The position numbers and the translations under genes were made by a program. Of a stretch of 64,000 nucleotides of DNA, positions 49,865 through 61,287 are shown piece after piece (positions within the stretch are counted from its first letter, which is position 1; each line of letters opens with the position of its first letter). The notes under the pieces are model-generated. The model was not told the DNA's origin. It searched no databases and saw only the letters and a list, made by a program, of their open reading frames with translations. Source of the DNA: Antedon mediterranea (taxonomy: Eukaryota > Animalia > Echinodermata); assembly GCF_964355755.1 (NCBI RefSeq), contig NC_092680.1, positions 13,339,045-13,403,044 of the forward strand. The letters run 5' to 3'.

Positions 49865-52800
49865 ACATTGAACATCAAAAAGACAAAACTTATGATTTTT
49901 GGGACAAACCACATTCTTCCTAAATTTAAAGATATTTCAATATCTTATAATGGAGATATTATTGAACGAGTTGACTGTTAAATATCTTGGGGTCACATTT
50001 GATTTTGATTAAAAAATTAATAAAATTTTAAAAAAATAAACAAAAATTATTCAGGTTAATAAAGGAACATAACAGTACAAAATTTTGGAAAAACCTTAAA
50101 ACCAAACGACAACAAAACGTGACAAACAGTACACTTAAAAAATGGCATGATTACTTCAAAACTATATTCCAAAATCAAACAAATAATATACAAGAAATCA
50201 ATATAGAAGACGATAACGATAGCAATTGCGAACATAACGATTGTTACAATGAAGAAATCAGCTGGGAAGAGGTAATTTATGCAATTAAAGCACAGAAAAG
50301 AGGTAAAGCTCCAGGTATTGATGGATTCCCAATTGAATTTTTTGCTTGTATGCCAAATGCTGCTATTAGCGCAATTACGAAAATTTTTAATAGTATTTTT
50401 ACCTCTGGAAAATTTCCCCAACAATGGGCAACAAGCATTATTATTCCTATATTTTAAAAGGGCAAAAGAGATCAACCAGCAAATTATAGAGGCGTATCCT
50501 TAATATCCACTTTAGGCAAGGTGTTTTTATACATTATAAGCAATAGATTAAGCAAATGGACAGAAGAAAATGAAATATTACATCAAGAACAGGGAGGGTT
50601 TAGAAAAGATTGTCGTACTATTGATAAAATATTTATTTTAGACACAATTGTTAACAAATATCTCTCAAAAAAACGAGGAACTGTGTACATGGCGTTTATA
50701 GATTAAAAAACGCGCTTTCGATTCTATTAGACACGATTTTCTTATAAGTAAACTAAGAAAATCTGGTATAAAAGGTAAAATAATCAAAGTTATAAAAACA
50801 ATGTATAGTAAACTAAAAGGGCATGTAAAGGTTGGCAACAAAATTGGAGAATCCTTTAAATGTTAAGTAGGAATACAACAAGGGTCACCTTTATCTTCAT
50901 TGTTATTTAATATTTTTATTAATGATATAACTGAGTTATTACATACTGCTGAAAATCGAAACAAAATAAAAATTGATAACATAAATATTAATCACCTCTG
51001 TATGCAGATGATCTAGTTTTAATCAGTGATACAGTGTACTCATTACAAGATCTTTTAAATAAACTAGCATATTATTGTAATAGGTGGGGATTGGTAGTTA
51101 ACATTGACAAAAGTAAAATAATAGTATTTTTTAAAAATGGAAAACTTAAGAACTACGAAAAGTGGAATTATCTTGGTAAAGAAATTGAAATAGTAAAATC
51201 TCTTAAATATCTTGGAGTCACTTTCGATTGTTCAGGAAATTGGGAAAAGGCCAGAGAACAAAATAATACACAGGCTAATAAAGCACTTTTCTCACTCAAA
51301 AATATAATATATCAGAAATATGGACATCTACCAGTGAATATTTGGAACTACTTATTTGATGTTAAAATAAACCCAATTATACTGTATGGTAGTGAAATAT
51401 GGGGAAAACTAAACAACAACAAAATTGATGATATTCAAAATAATTTCTGTAGATATGTTTTAGGGGTCGGGAAATCAGCCACAAATGTTTCAATTAGAGG
51501 AGAATGTGGACGATTCTCTTTATCAATCGAAAGTGTACTCAATGTTATCCGTTATTGGGTAAGACTAGTAAATATGAACGAGGACAAATATGCGAAGAAA
51601 TGTTATAAATCTCAACTTCATAAAGCGCAAAATAATAGTAATTGTTGGGTAAGCGATGTAAAACATATGTTATGCTCTATGGTCATGGAAACATATGGTT
51701 TTCACAAAATAATGTCCTTGATAAATTTTATATAATTAATAAAATAAAAGAAAGGCTAACCGATATGGAACGCCAATTCTTTCTTGAAAGCATAAATATT
51801 TCTTCAAAATTAAGATACTATAAAATGTTCAAAAACAATTTCGGAGTAGATGGATACTTACTACAGACCCTTGATACTAGATATAAGCGAGCTTTAAGTC
51901 AACTAAGACTGGGCACACTTCAACTAGAGGTAGAAAAGGGAAGATGGAAAAGAATAGAGCGCAGCAATAGGTTACGTAAAATATGTAATATAAATGAAGT
52001 TGAAGATGAATATCATTTTGTTACAGTTTGCTCTCGTTACAAGGAAATCAGAAGAAAATTTATACCTTCTTTAATTTTTGAAAATCCAAATACTTTTAAA
52101 TTCTGCCGTTTAATGTCATCACAGGATCCAATAATTATTGATAATCTATCTAAATATATTTATCATGCTTATAAGTTAAGATATATGTTTTGCTTAGAGA
52201 ACGAAATTAATTAATTCATTTATCTTGTGACCATAAATTGCTTTATTTTTCAATGTAATTATTATTTTGTTAATTACTAGGGGCCAGAGGCCTAAAGTAA
52301 ATAAAGTCAGGCGATAAGCCTGAATGAATGAATGATCCGCAATTAAATTGGAATGATCACATAAGCAAGGTATCCTCAAATGTTTCAAAACGTATTGGTG
52401 TCATCCGGCGTGTAAAATGTTTTCTTCTGTCATATGCTTAAAATGTTTGCTAACGCTCTTGTTTTTCCCCTTTTTTTATTATTGTTGTTGTGTATGGTCT
52501 AATTGTAATCTTCAAAATATTAATTGTTTACAAGTACTCATGAATAGATTAGGTAGAATTTTGCTTTCTGATGATATTAAGAACTCAATTGATTTTATTT
52601 TAAATAACCTTGGCTGGAACAGACTAAATGTACTCTGGAAAGTGTTTAAAAGGGTGTGCTCCTCCATATTTGAGCCTCAAAATTAACTTTTAATAACACT
52701 ACCCATTCTAAAGGCACACGAAGCCAAAGCCATAACAATTTAGTTGTCCCCACCTGGAACATTTGTCAAGGCAAAAAAACCTTTACTTATCATTCATCTA

Positions 52801-53077
52801 AAAGCTGGAATGAACTTCCAAATGAATTAAAAATTAACTTTAAAGATTTTTCAATAACTTCATTCCAAAATACAATTAGTACTCAACATTTTTAACTGAA
52901 TTTTTTGTTTTCTAAAATTGATTGCTATTTTTAATGTATATATTTCAATTACTCTTTGTTTTTATTTTATTATGTTTGTTATATTTTCAATTACTGTACC
53001 ACTTTGGAAATCGGTGCACTAGTACTGAAAGTGCCTGCAGAATAAAGAAAGAATAAATAAATAATAAATAAATAAAT
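49865..53077 (+). mobile_element. L2/CR1-type LINE 3' part, split by another LINE
   Basis: NIKKTKLMIF..KYLGVTFD (to ~50003) resumes PQLNWNDHI at ~52337; SWNELP; (aaat)n tail. Confidence 0.75.
50060..52333 (+). mobile_element. RTE-X-like LINE ORF2 (RT + C-terminal zinc knuckle), decayed
   Basis: KAPGIDGFP, NYRGVSL, QGGFR, YADD, KYLGV, EVEKGRW..EDEYHF..C..Y; (tgaa)n tail. Confidence 0.9.
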
Positions 53078-53511
53078 GTGCGCGCGCTGCTGGATCAATT
53101 CTTGCTATAAAGGTTTCGTGAAAAATTGAAGTACTGTCTCGAGTGCGTACTTATAAAAGCACACGCATACCCAGGTTCCTTCTGATGATTCAGCTGTTTG
53201 TGTGTTATAATATTATAGGAATAAATATATGTGTACTGTCGTCATTTCTGTGTATGTGTCTACTTTGTCACCCGTAGCTTTAGTAGGTACAACCTCAATA
53301 ATATTTTCAGTGTCGGTAACATCCTCAGGGACAACTTCAGCTGTAAATTTTCTAGGTAACGGTATCGTAGGATACATTAAGTAAATATATTATATAAACG
53401 AATACTACACCGATAGGTAATGAAACATAATAATGTTCACAAATTAAACTACGAAAAGTCATAGCATGCTACATGTATATCATAATAGACAAAAACTTAT
53501 TCTAGTCATAT

Positions 53512-55139
53512 TCATTCAGCACCTGTGATTACTTCTGTTTCTGTTTCTTCACCAACTTTAGCTTCTGTTTGGGTTGTTTCTTCAGTTTCTTTTCCTGGAT
53601 CGTCAGTAGTTTCTGTGTCTACTGTGCCAACCGTTAATGTTTCTCCTTCAGTAGTTGTAGGACTCTCTGTTTTATCTGTTTCCTCTTTGTTTTTCTCTTC
53701 TTCTGTAGGCTCAATTACAACAACATCTCCCATATCTGCTCCATCTGTTGTTACTTCTGTTTCTGTTTCTTCACCAACCTCAGCTTCTCTTCGGTTGTGT
53801 CTTCAGTTTCTTTTCCAGGATCGTCAGTAGTTTCCGTGTCTACTGTGTCAACCGTTAATCTCTCTTCTCCAGTAGTCGTAGGACTCCCTGTTTAATCTGT
53901 TTCATCTTTATCTCTTCATCAGTAGACTCAAGCACAACATCTTCCGTATCTGTCCCACCTGTTGTTACATCTGCTTCTGTTTCTTCACCAACTCCACCTT
54001 CTCTTTCGGTTGTTTCCTCAGTTTCAGGATCGTCAGTAGTTTCTGTGTCTACTGTTTCATCCGTTAATGTTTCTAATTCAGTAGTTGTAAGACTGTCTGT
54101 TTCATCTGTTTCCTCTTTGTCTTTCTCTTCATCAGTAGGATCAATCACAACAACATCTCCCGTATCTCTGTCCCATCTGTTGTTACTTCTGTTTCTGTTT
54201 CTTCACCAACCTCAGCTTCTCTTTCGGTTGTGTCTTCAGTTTCTTTTCCAGGATCGTCAGTAGTTTCTGTGTCTACTGTGTCATCCGTTAATGTTTCTCC
54301 TTCAGTAGTTGTAGGACTCTCTGTTTCATCTGTTTCCTCTTTGTCTTTCTCTTCATCCGTAGGCTCAATCACAACATCTCCAGTATCTGTCCCATCTGTT
54401 GTTACTTCTGTTTCTGTTTCTTTACCAACCTCAGCTTCTCTTCGGTTGTGTCTTCAGTTTCTTTTCCAGGATCGTCAGTAGTTTCCGTGTCTACTGTGTC
54501 AACCATTAATCTCTCTTCTCCAGTAGTCGTAGGACTCCCTGTTTAATATGTTTCATCTTTATCTCTTCATCAGTAGACTCAATTACAACATCTTCCGTAT
54601 CTGTCCCACCTGTTGTTACATCTGCTTCTGTTTCTTCACCAACTTCACCTTCTCTTTCGGTTGTTTCTTCAGTTTCAGGATCGTCAGTAGTTTCTGTGTC
54701 TACTGTGTCATCCGTTAATGTTTCTAATTCAGTAGTTGTAAGACTGTCTGTTTCATCTGTTTCCTCTTTGTCTTTCTCTTCATCAGTAGGATCAATCACA
54801 ACAACATCTCCCGTATCTCTGTCCCATCTGTTGTTACTTCTGTTTCTGTTTCTTCACCAACCTCAGCTTCTCTTTCGGTTGTGTCTTCAGTTTCTTTTCC
54901 AGGATCGTCAGTAGTTTCTGTGTTTACTGTGTCAACCGTTGTTTCTTCTTCCGTAGTTTCATCTTTGTCTTCTTCAATTGCAACAACTCTCGTCTCATCT
55001 GTTGGCATTTCTGTGTATGTGTCTACTTTGCCACCCGTAGCTTCAGTAGGTACAACCTCAATAATATTTTCAGTTTCGGTAACATCCTCAGGGACAACTT
55101 CAGCTGTACATTCTCTAGGTAATGGTATCGTAGGATCTA
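53512..55139 (-). pseudogene. Thr/Glu-rich tandem-repeat exon (mucin/matrix-like), frameshifted
   Basis: acceptor at 55140; ~215-220-bp units (VDTETTDDPGKETEDTTERE..) in a 651-bp higher-order repeat; partial copy of exon start at 53240-53378. Confidence 0.65.
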
Positions 55140-56207
55140 CTATTTAATAGAGTTACATATTGTTTATACATTGCTTTATCTTGTATTTATGGAATGGAAT
55201 TTTAACAACGTATTATTAACTTTAAATTTAATCACTTTAAAAAGATATTTTTTTAACGACTTTGACAAAATTCCTTTTTAAAATGTTAATGATGTAGGAA
55301 GGATTAAGACCTTGTTTGAAAGAGTGAATATTCCTTTTCCATAGGCTACAATACATTAAATGCTCTTGTAATTGTATTATAGCTGAGCCATATTTCAAAT
55401 ATTATTTTCGAATAATGAATGCTTTCCTGAAAATTTGCGTTAGCCACAAAGTAACAATTCTTTCCATAACTGTAGGTTTGAGCCGGACATTCTGTGAAAT
55501 AAATAACACAAATAATGTTTCAATATATAATAATGTTCCCATGTTATTGTTTAATATAAATGTGTATTTTTTTTTTATCACGACAGGGTTAGCAAATATA
55601 AATTGCTCAAATACTCTGTCTTTAATGGAGGAAAGTTCTTAGGTTAGAAAAGTTTATTTCACCGTTTTTGTCATTACCAAACCTTGAAACAGCAATGTAA
55701 TGTAACAATCTCAATTATAGCACCAAACTCTTAAAAAAGTTAACCTACTCTATAACCTAAATACTCGTGGGGGCCAATTTGAAATCCAAGATGGCGACCA
55801 AAAAGGTCGGGGAAAATAGGTCCCCAGTGGCAATGAATTCCACTAGTCCTAAGGATTCCAAAACTGCCAAGAACTCAACTTTAGCATTAAAATCTTACGG
55901 AATTAGGTTCCCCACTATTAGCTAAAAAGGAAACCAGCCAAGTTGTTACGCCGAGTACAAAAATTGAAAAATATTGAAAATATACAGATGACAGTCTCAT
56001 GTATCTCTGGATACAGAGAAGTATGAAGACAAGGCTAGCAATCTGTTCCTACCAACTAAGTACTACTTCATAATAAGTATATAATATGTTCATATAATTC
56101 TCAAAATGTACTGACATTGCAATACAAATAATATGTCAAACAACAATAACAATTATGTTAACAATAGTTTATCTAAAGTTTAACTTTAAAGTCGAACAAA
56201 AACATAC

Positions 56208-56323
56208 CCTAAGTCCAATGATGTATTTACCAGGAATTGGTTTCTTGGCTTTGCGTAATGGTGCTAGGGTAGCACTGGCGACAACCACCAACAAGAGAAG
56301 ACAAAATACACGAATGATGTATT
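56208..56323 (-). pseudogene. Signal-peptide/I9-prodomain exon of a proteinase-K-like S8 subtilisin; ATT in place of ATG
   Basis: (I)RVFCLLLLVVVASATLAPLRKAKKPIPGKYIIGLR; tag/gtatgt splice sites; no downstream S8 exons recognised. Confidence 0.65.
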
Positions 56324-56455
56324 CTAGAACAAAAACGAACATTAAAAAAAAATGGTACAATCAACAAAACAATATGCAATGAACTTAAACTTGAAATAAT
56401 ACTAAATTAATACTATTACGAAAGAACCAATAACTGATCCTGCTGTTTGGCCTAC

Positions 56456-56521
56456 CTGATCAAATCTTGTCCAATAATGTGATTGAGAATGATGGTCCAA
56501 CGAGCTGTTGTCCTTTAAATA
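56456..56521 (-). promoter_or_regulatory. TATA-like box + Inr and non-coding first exon
   Basis: tatttaaa 31 nt upstream of tcAttct (56490); exon ends at donor gtaggc (56455). Confidence 0.5.
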
Positions 56522-57383
56522 CTTCATTCCGTCCAGAGGCGTGGTAAATGATAATAATATAGCATATGGCAGCTATATTTTGATGATAAAATACATAAAT
56601 GCATACATTATATACGTTTTTGATGGCGGCCATCTTGGAATTCAATGTGTTTGCCATATGCTATTATTATAAATTGTACCATTGAACTGATTTATCATAA
56701 TATTGTAAGATTTGTCACACACATTACGTTCGTTAGTGGTTTAAAATAGGAGCTACTATCAGTTTTGAATAAAAAATGGGGGCCATTTTGAAATACAAGA
56801 TGGCGGCCAAAATAGGGATGGAAAAAATAGTCCCCCAGTTGTAATGAATTCTATTAGTCCTTAGGACTCCAAAACTGCCAAGAACTCAACTTAAGCATTA
56901 AAATCTCATGGAATTACTTTAAGAAAAATCTGCATATCAGGCAAACTGTTAATATCCGGTTTCGAATTTCGATTTTGGCGACTTTTCCATCTTTATCGTT
57001 TTGATTTTTTTTTTTTTTTGTGCCTGTGATGAGTATATGTTTAATATAAATATATATTGAATTGAATAGATATACAAATATTTTAATATTGATGTATAAA
57101 GTTATTTTAAGTCTTTTTATTAGTATAGATATATACTTTAAAAAAAAAGTCTTACGTCCGGGTATGAAGCGTCTTGCATACACAGAGAGCCAAAATACTA
57201 TTTTGGACTTGCACAGTGTATGGACTCTAACCTTACGGTTTTAATAAATTTTTCCCGTCCCTATTTTGGACGCCATCCTGGATTTCAAAATGGCCTCAAT
57301 TGTTTACTCAAAACTGGTAGTAGCTCCTATTTTAAACCACGTACGAACGTAATGTGTGCGACACATCTTACAATATTCTATCA

Positions 57384-57420
57384 GTACCTGATGATGACCT
57401 ATGGTCGAAAGTACTAGTAC
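57384..57420 (+). ncRNA. Minimal type I hammerhead ribozyme (Penelope-like element type)
   Basis: GTAC-CTGATGA-t-GACC(tat)GGTC-GAA-AGTACT-A-GTAC: intact core, stems I and II, palindromic stem III. Confidence 0.7.
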
Positions 57421-57729
57421 AATGAATATTTTATTTTGAGGCAGAAACAAGAATTTTTTTGTTGGATTATGTAACGAGTTTGATAATGATTAATTTTGAT
57501 TTTTGATGATCCATATATGGAGATATTGGAAAGAATGACAAGCATTTTGTAACAAATATTTAGTTTAACCTTTAAGTCGTTAATCTCAAGCATTAATTAA
57601 TTGATATAAAAGAACAAGAGATTTTCTTAGTACTTTAAATTGTATTTTTTTCCATTGATTACAAAAGTCGAATTTGTCGACCGATTGAAATCGTAATTAC
57701 CTGTGAATATAAATCAACCTTTTTTTTAA

Positions 57730-58195
57730 ACTTTAAACGTCTCTAAATGCAATTTTAAGCTACTTTTATGTTATTATGTGAAAATCTTTTATCGAAATAC
57801 TCAAAGTGGTCTAAAACGTCTCCAAATTCGATTTTAACCTTTTATAAGCACTTTGATGTTCGTGAAAACCTATCGTCAAAATGCTCAACGTGATCTAAAA
57901 CGTCTTCAAATGCGATTTTAAGCTATTCTAAGCACTCTGATGTTTTTATATGAAAAACTTTCATTGAAATGCTCAAAATTCATTCCCAAATGCGATTTTA
58001 ATCTAATCTATGTAGCCTACTTTTTTTGTTTTTATGTTAAAAAGTTTTATCGAAATGCTCAAAGTGGTCTAAATTATCTCCAAATTATCAAAATTCGCAG
58101 CCCCCTTTGTTGTTTTAATGTGCAAAAAACTTTTATCGAAATTCTAAACATTTTTCTAAAATTTGCGGCTGCTATTCTAAGCACCTTGATGTTTG
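57730..58195. repeat. Degenerate ~80-bp tandem repeat
   Basis: recurring aaatgctcaaagtggtctaaaacgtctccaaatgcgatttt. Confidence 0.7.
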
Positions 58196-61100
58196 TATAT
58201 TGTGTTGCGTACCACCACGTATCATGTTCCGAATATGAGCACTGTTTCTACAATTTGACAGTATGAACAGTTTAGAACAATTGATTTACATACACACAAT
58301 ATTATTTTAAAAACCGTTGCGTAATAAAGTTGGAATTTATTCTGACTAGTTAAACCATCTTTAGTTCTATAAATTACCAATTCATATTTTAACATTCAAA
58401 TGTCCGACTGATTGACAGAGTCTCATGTACGTTCTCACTTTCTAATGCGCACCCTAGATTAATATTCACACAGCAGAATTCACCCGATTCTGCTACTGTC
58501 CACATGTGCTATCTGTAAAACTATAGCAAGTTATACACGTTGTTGTCTGCTATAAATGCTGTACTTTTAACACACGGTACACTGTCTGTAGCACAGTGTC
58601 TGTTGACAATTTACAATGATGTACTGTACAACCATAGATAGGCAGGTTTTCGTACTGCCATGCAAGAATGGATAGGTGTTTTCCGCCGCTTTTAGGCCTT
58701 CTTGTCAATTATTGTTATTATTATACGAATTACGTAATTAGTTTAGTAGCTCATCTACCTTTTTAGCAGGGCATAATGAATATTGTAGCTAGGCTAGGTC
58801 TAGCGGGAAATCAACCAATTATTTGGTTGGATACGAGTTTAGGGTAGGAAGTTAAGTACGAGTTGGCATGGGTACGAGTCGACCAGGGGTGAATCGACCA
58901 GGGTACACCCGGCCGCCCTACTAGAGCATAGGCTACAGGCCTGCAGGAATGGGAAATCTGTCCTAGCTATAGGCATAGGCCTACATTGGGACGCCCAAAA
59001 AAGCCATCCCATGAGCATAAAAAGGCCTCGTAGAGCCAGACGTGTTAGCCTATACTACACAGTACTAACTACTAGTACGTCTACCATTTATTATAGTTCC
59101 ATGGTACTATACTACGGATCACTACTATCTAGGCCTAGCTAGTATGCTAGAGTTCCAGTAATTTCGGTCGCGTTTTCGGCCTACTTATCAGGAGGGCATG
59201 TGAGAGGTGAGGTAGGTTAGCCCAGCTAGGCTAAACTAACCTGTAAGTAGTATTCTAGCATGGGAACGAGTTGACACAGTGGTACGGGTTGACCCTTATC
59301 ATTTTCTAGGGTGCTGGTCAACCTACCCATGCCAACTCATACCCAATTTGGCTAACCCGTACTCAAATAATTGGTCAAATCGTACCAACTTTGGCTAACC
59401 TGTACCAAAACTTTTAATAGCATTAAACATGGATACTGGTCAGCCCATGAAGAGTACGAGCCAGCCCTTGATGATTGCTAGAGTGCGAGCCAACATTTTG
59501 GGTACGAATATACCAAAATTTGGTTACCAGTTGGAATTGCGGGTTGACCTGTATTCTTCTAGCTAATCTTACTAGGCCTCGAGTAGGTCTACGCTAAATT
59601 CCGGCTACAATAATGGTCTATTCTGTTTATAGCTTTATTGATACTGGGTTCAAATCTGGGTTGGGACGGCTTTTTCTCATTCAAAAACAGATTTCCTTAT
59701 AATAATAAAATAATATCGGCCTATGAATTTAACTTAATATTGTATTGTTTACATAATATTAGTAATTCCCATTGCATTTATTATTATTATTATTATATAT
59801 TTTACGGTTACCCCTTAATTATAGTAACTATAGTATAACTTCCTTGTTATATTTTACAATATTGTCTTCATAATTCAGCAATTTTTTTTTTCACAGCACA
59901 AATTATCATACTGAATCATCACACACCAAGTCTCATGAAATCTCTACTGTATTTCTGCAAGCTAATGCAGCTACATGGTATTGCCTTGAGGCTAAATTAC
60001 ACTGTATACTGGCACTACCATCATTCCTAGCCCACACGTAAGTACAGTCGTGTACTACTGATTCCATCCTGTGGTCAAGGCTTATTTGCTCTTATGCTTA
60101 TTTCCTCTTACATACAGAGTATGTATGGCTTCTAATTTGCTTTTATACCGGTTAATTTAAAAATCATTTATGCCTATTGGTGCATAAAGATCAAATTTAG
60201 ACTGTAAATACTGGAATAATCACCCAAAATTTATTTCACAGCTAGAAAAAAGCATACAGAGTTTTTTGTTGTTTGTTTTATTCATAACTGTTGAATTGCA
60301 TCCCAATACATGGTACCTATTGGTATTATATCTATAAATATAAAGTACTCTCTTATAAATAGATGTATTTCTCCAAACTACTCCAACTATAGTATACTAA
60401 TAATATATGTACTATTAGCATACTACTGTACACTTTGTAGACAAGAAATAAGTTGTATCCACCTAGAGGACTTATGTTAGTACTGTACAGTCGATCGTCC
60501 TCTCACTGGCCTGGTCAACATAATCTACGCCTAGATTATTACAGTAATTAAAAAGTACATTATTAAGAGATTTTTTTTTTTTGCAGAAATCAAAGTTATG
60601 TGTATAGAAAGCAGTACTCGTATTAAAAACTAAGCAGGTTGTACTGAACGCAAACTGGCAGGATATTTTGAATATTTTTTGTTCATTTTCCACGAACTGG
60701 AGACAAAGACATATTACGACCCTTTTATTAAAATTTATTTGGATAGACCTCCATGTAAATTCATTAAAGGCTATATGATTGTTTTATATTTTAATAATGT
60801 GATAGTAGAAAGCCATTGTGCATAATGAGGACTATGAATCTAATATTTACTTGCATTCTCATCTTTTTAACATTTTATTTATAATGCTGGTAATGAATTT
60901 ACTATTGAAAAGGTCATGTTTCCACTTATCTCAAATGTTGGCACCCGGCCCACCTCTAACCTTGGTAGAACTGACTGTGTTCTACCTTTCTACATGAGTA
61001 CATATAGTAGTGTTTCCACCATACTACTTCAACCTGGTAATTGAATAAATTTCATTGGGGTAACATTTAAACTAATTATCACCTTTAACATAAAGTATCC

Positions 61101-61287
61101 TCCTCCTGAAACACGTATTTGTACTGTACTTCATCCATTACTTAATACTAATTTATGTGATTTATGTCTAACTTCAGGAATGATCTGAGGCTAGAAGAAC
61201 GAATTTCTGTACACATATAAAAAATAAACCAATGTTTTCCTAATAATTTAACCCCTAGGTTGATAACTAACAAAGAAATTATTGAAA

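Noticed and set aside
53525-55147. Ser/Val-rich plus-strand ORFs
   Set aside because: Antisense shadows of the minus-strand Thr/Glu repeat
59640-59670. B-box-like gggttcaaatc
   Set aside because: No A box or cloverleaf; at most a SINE remnant
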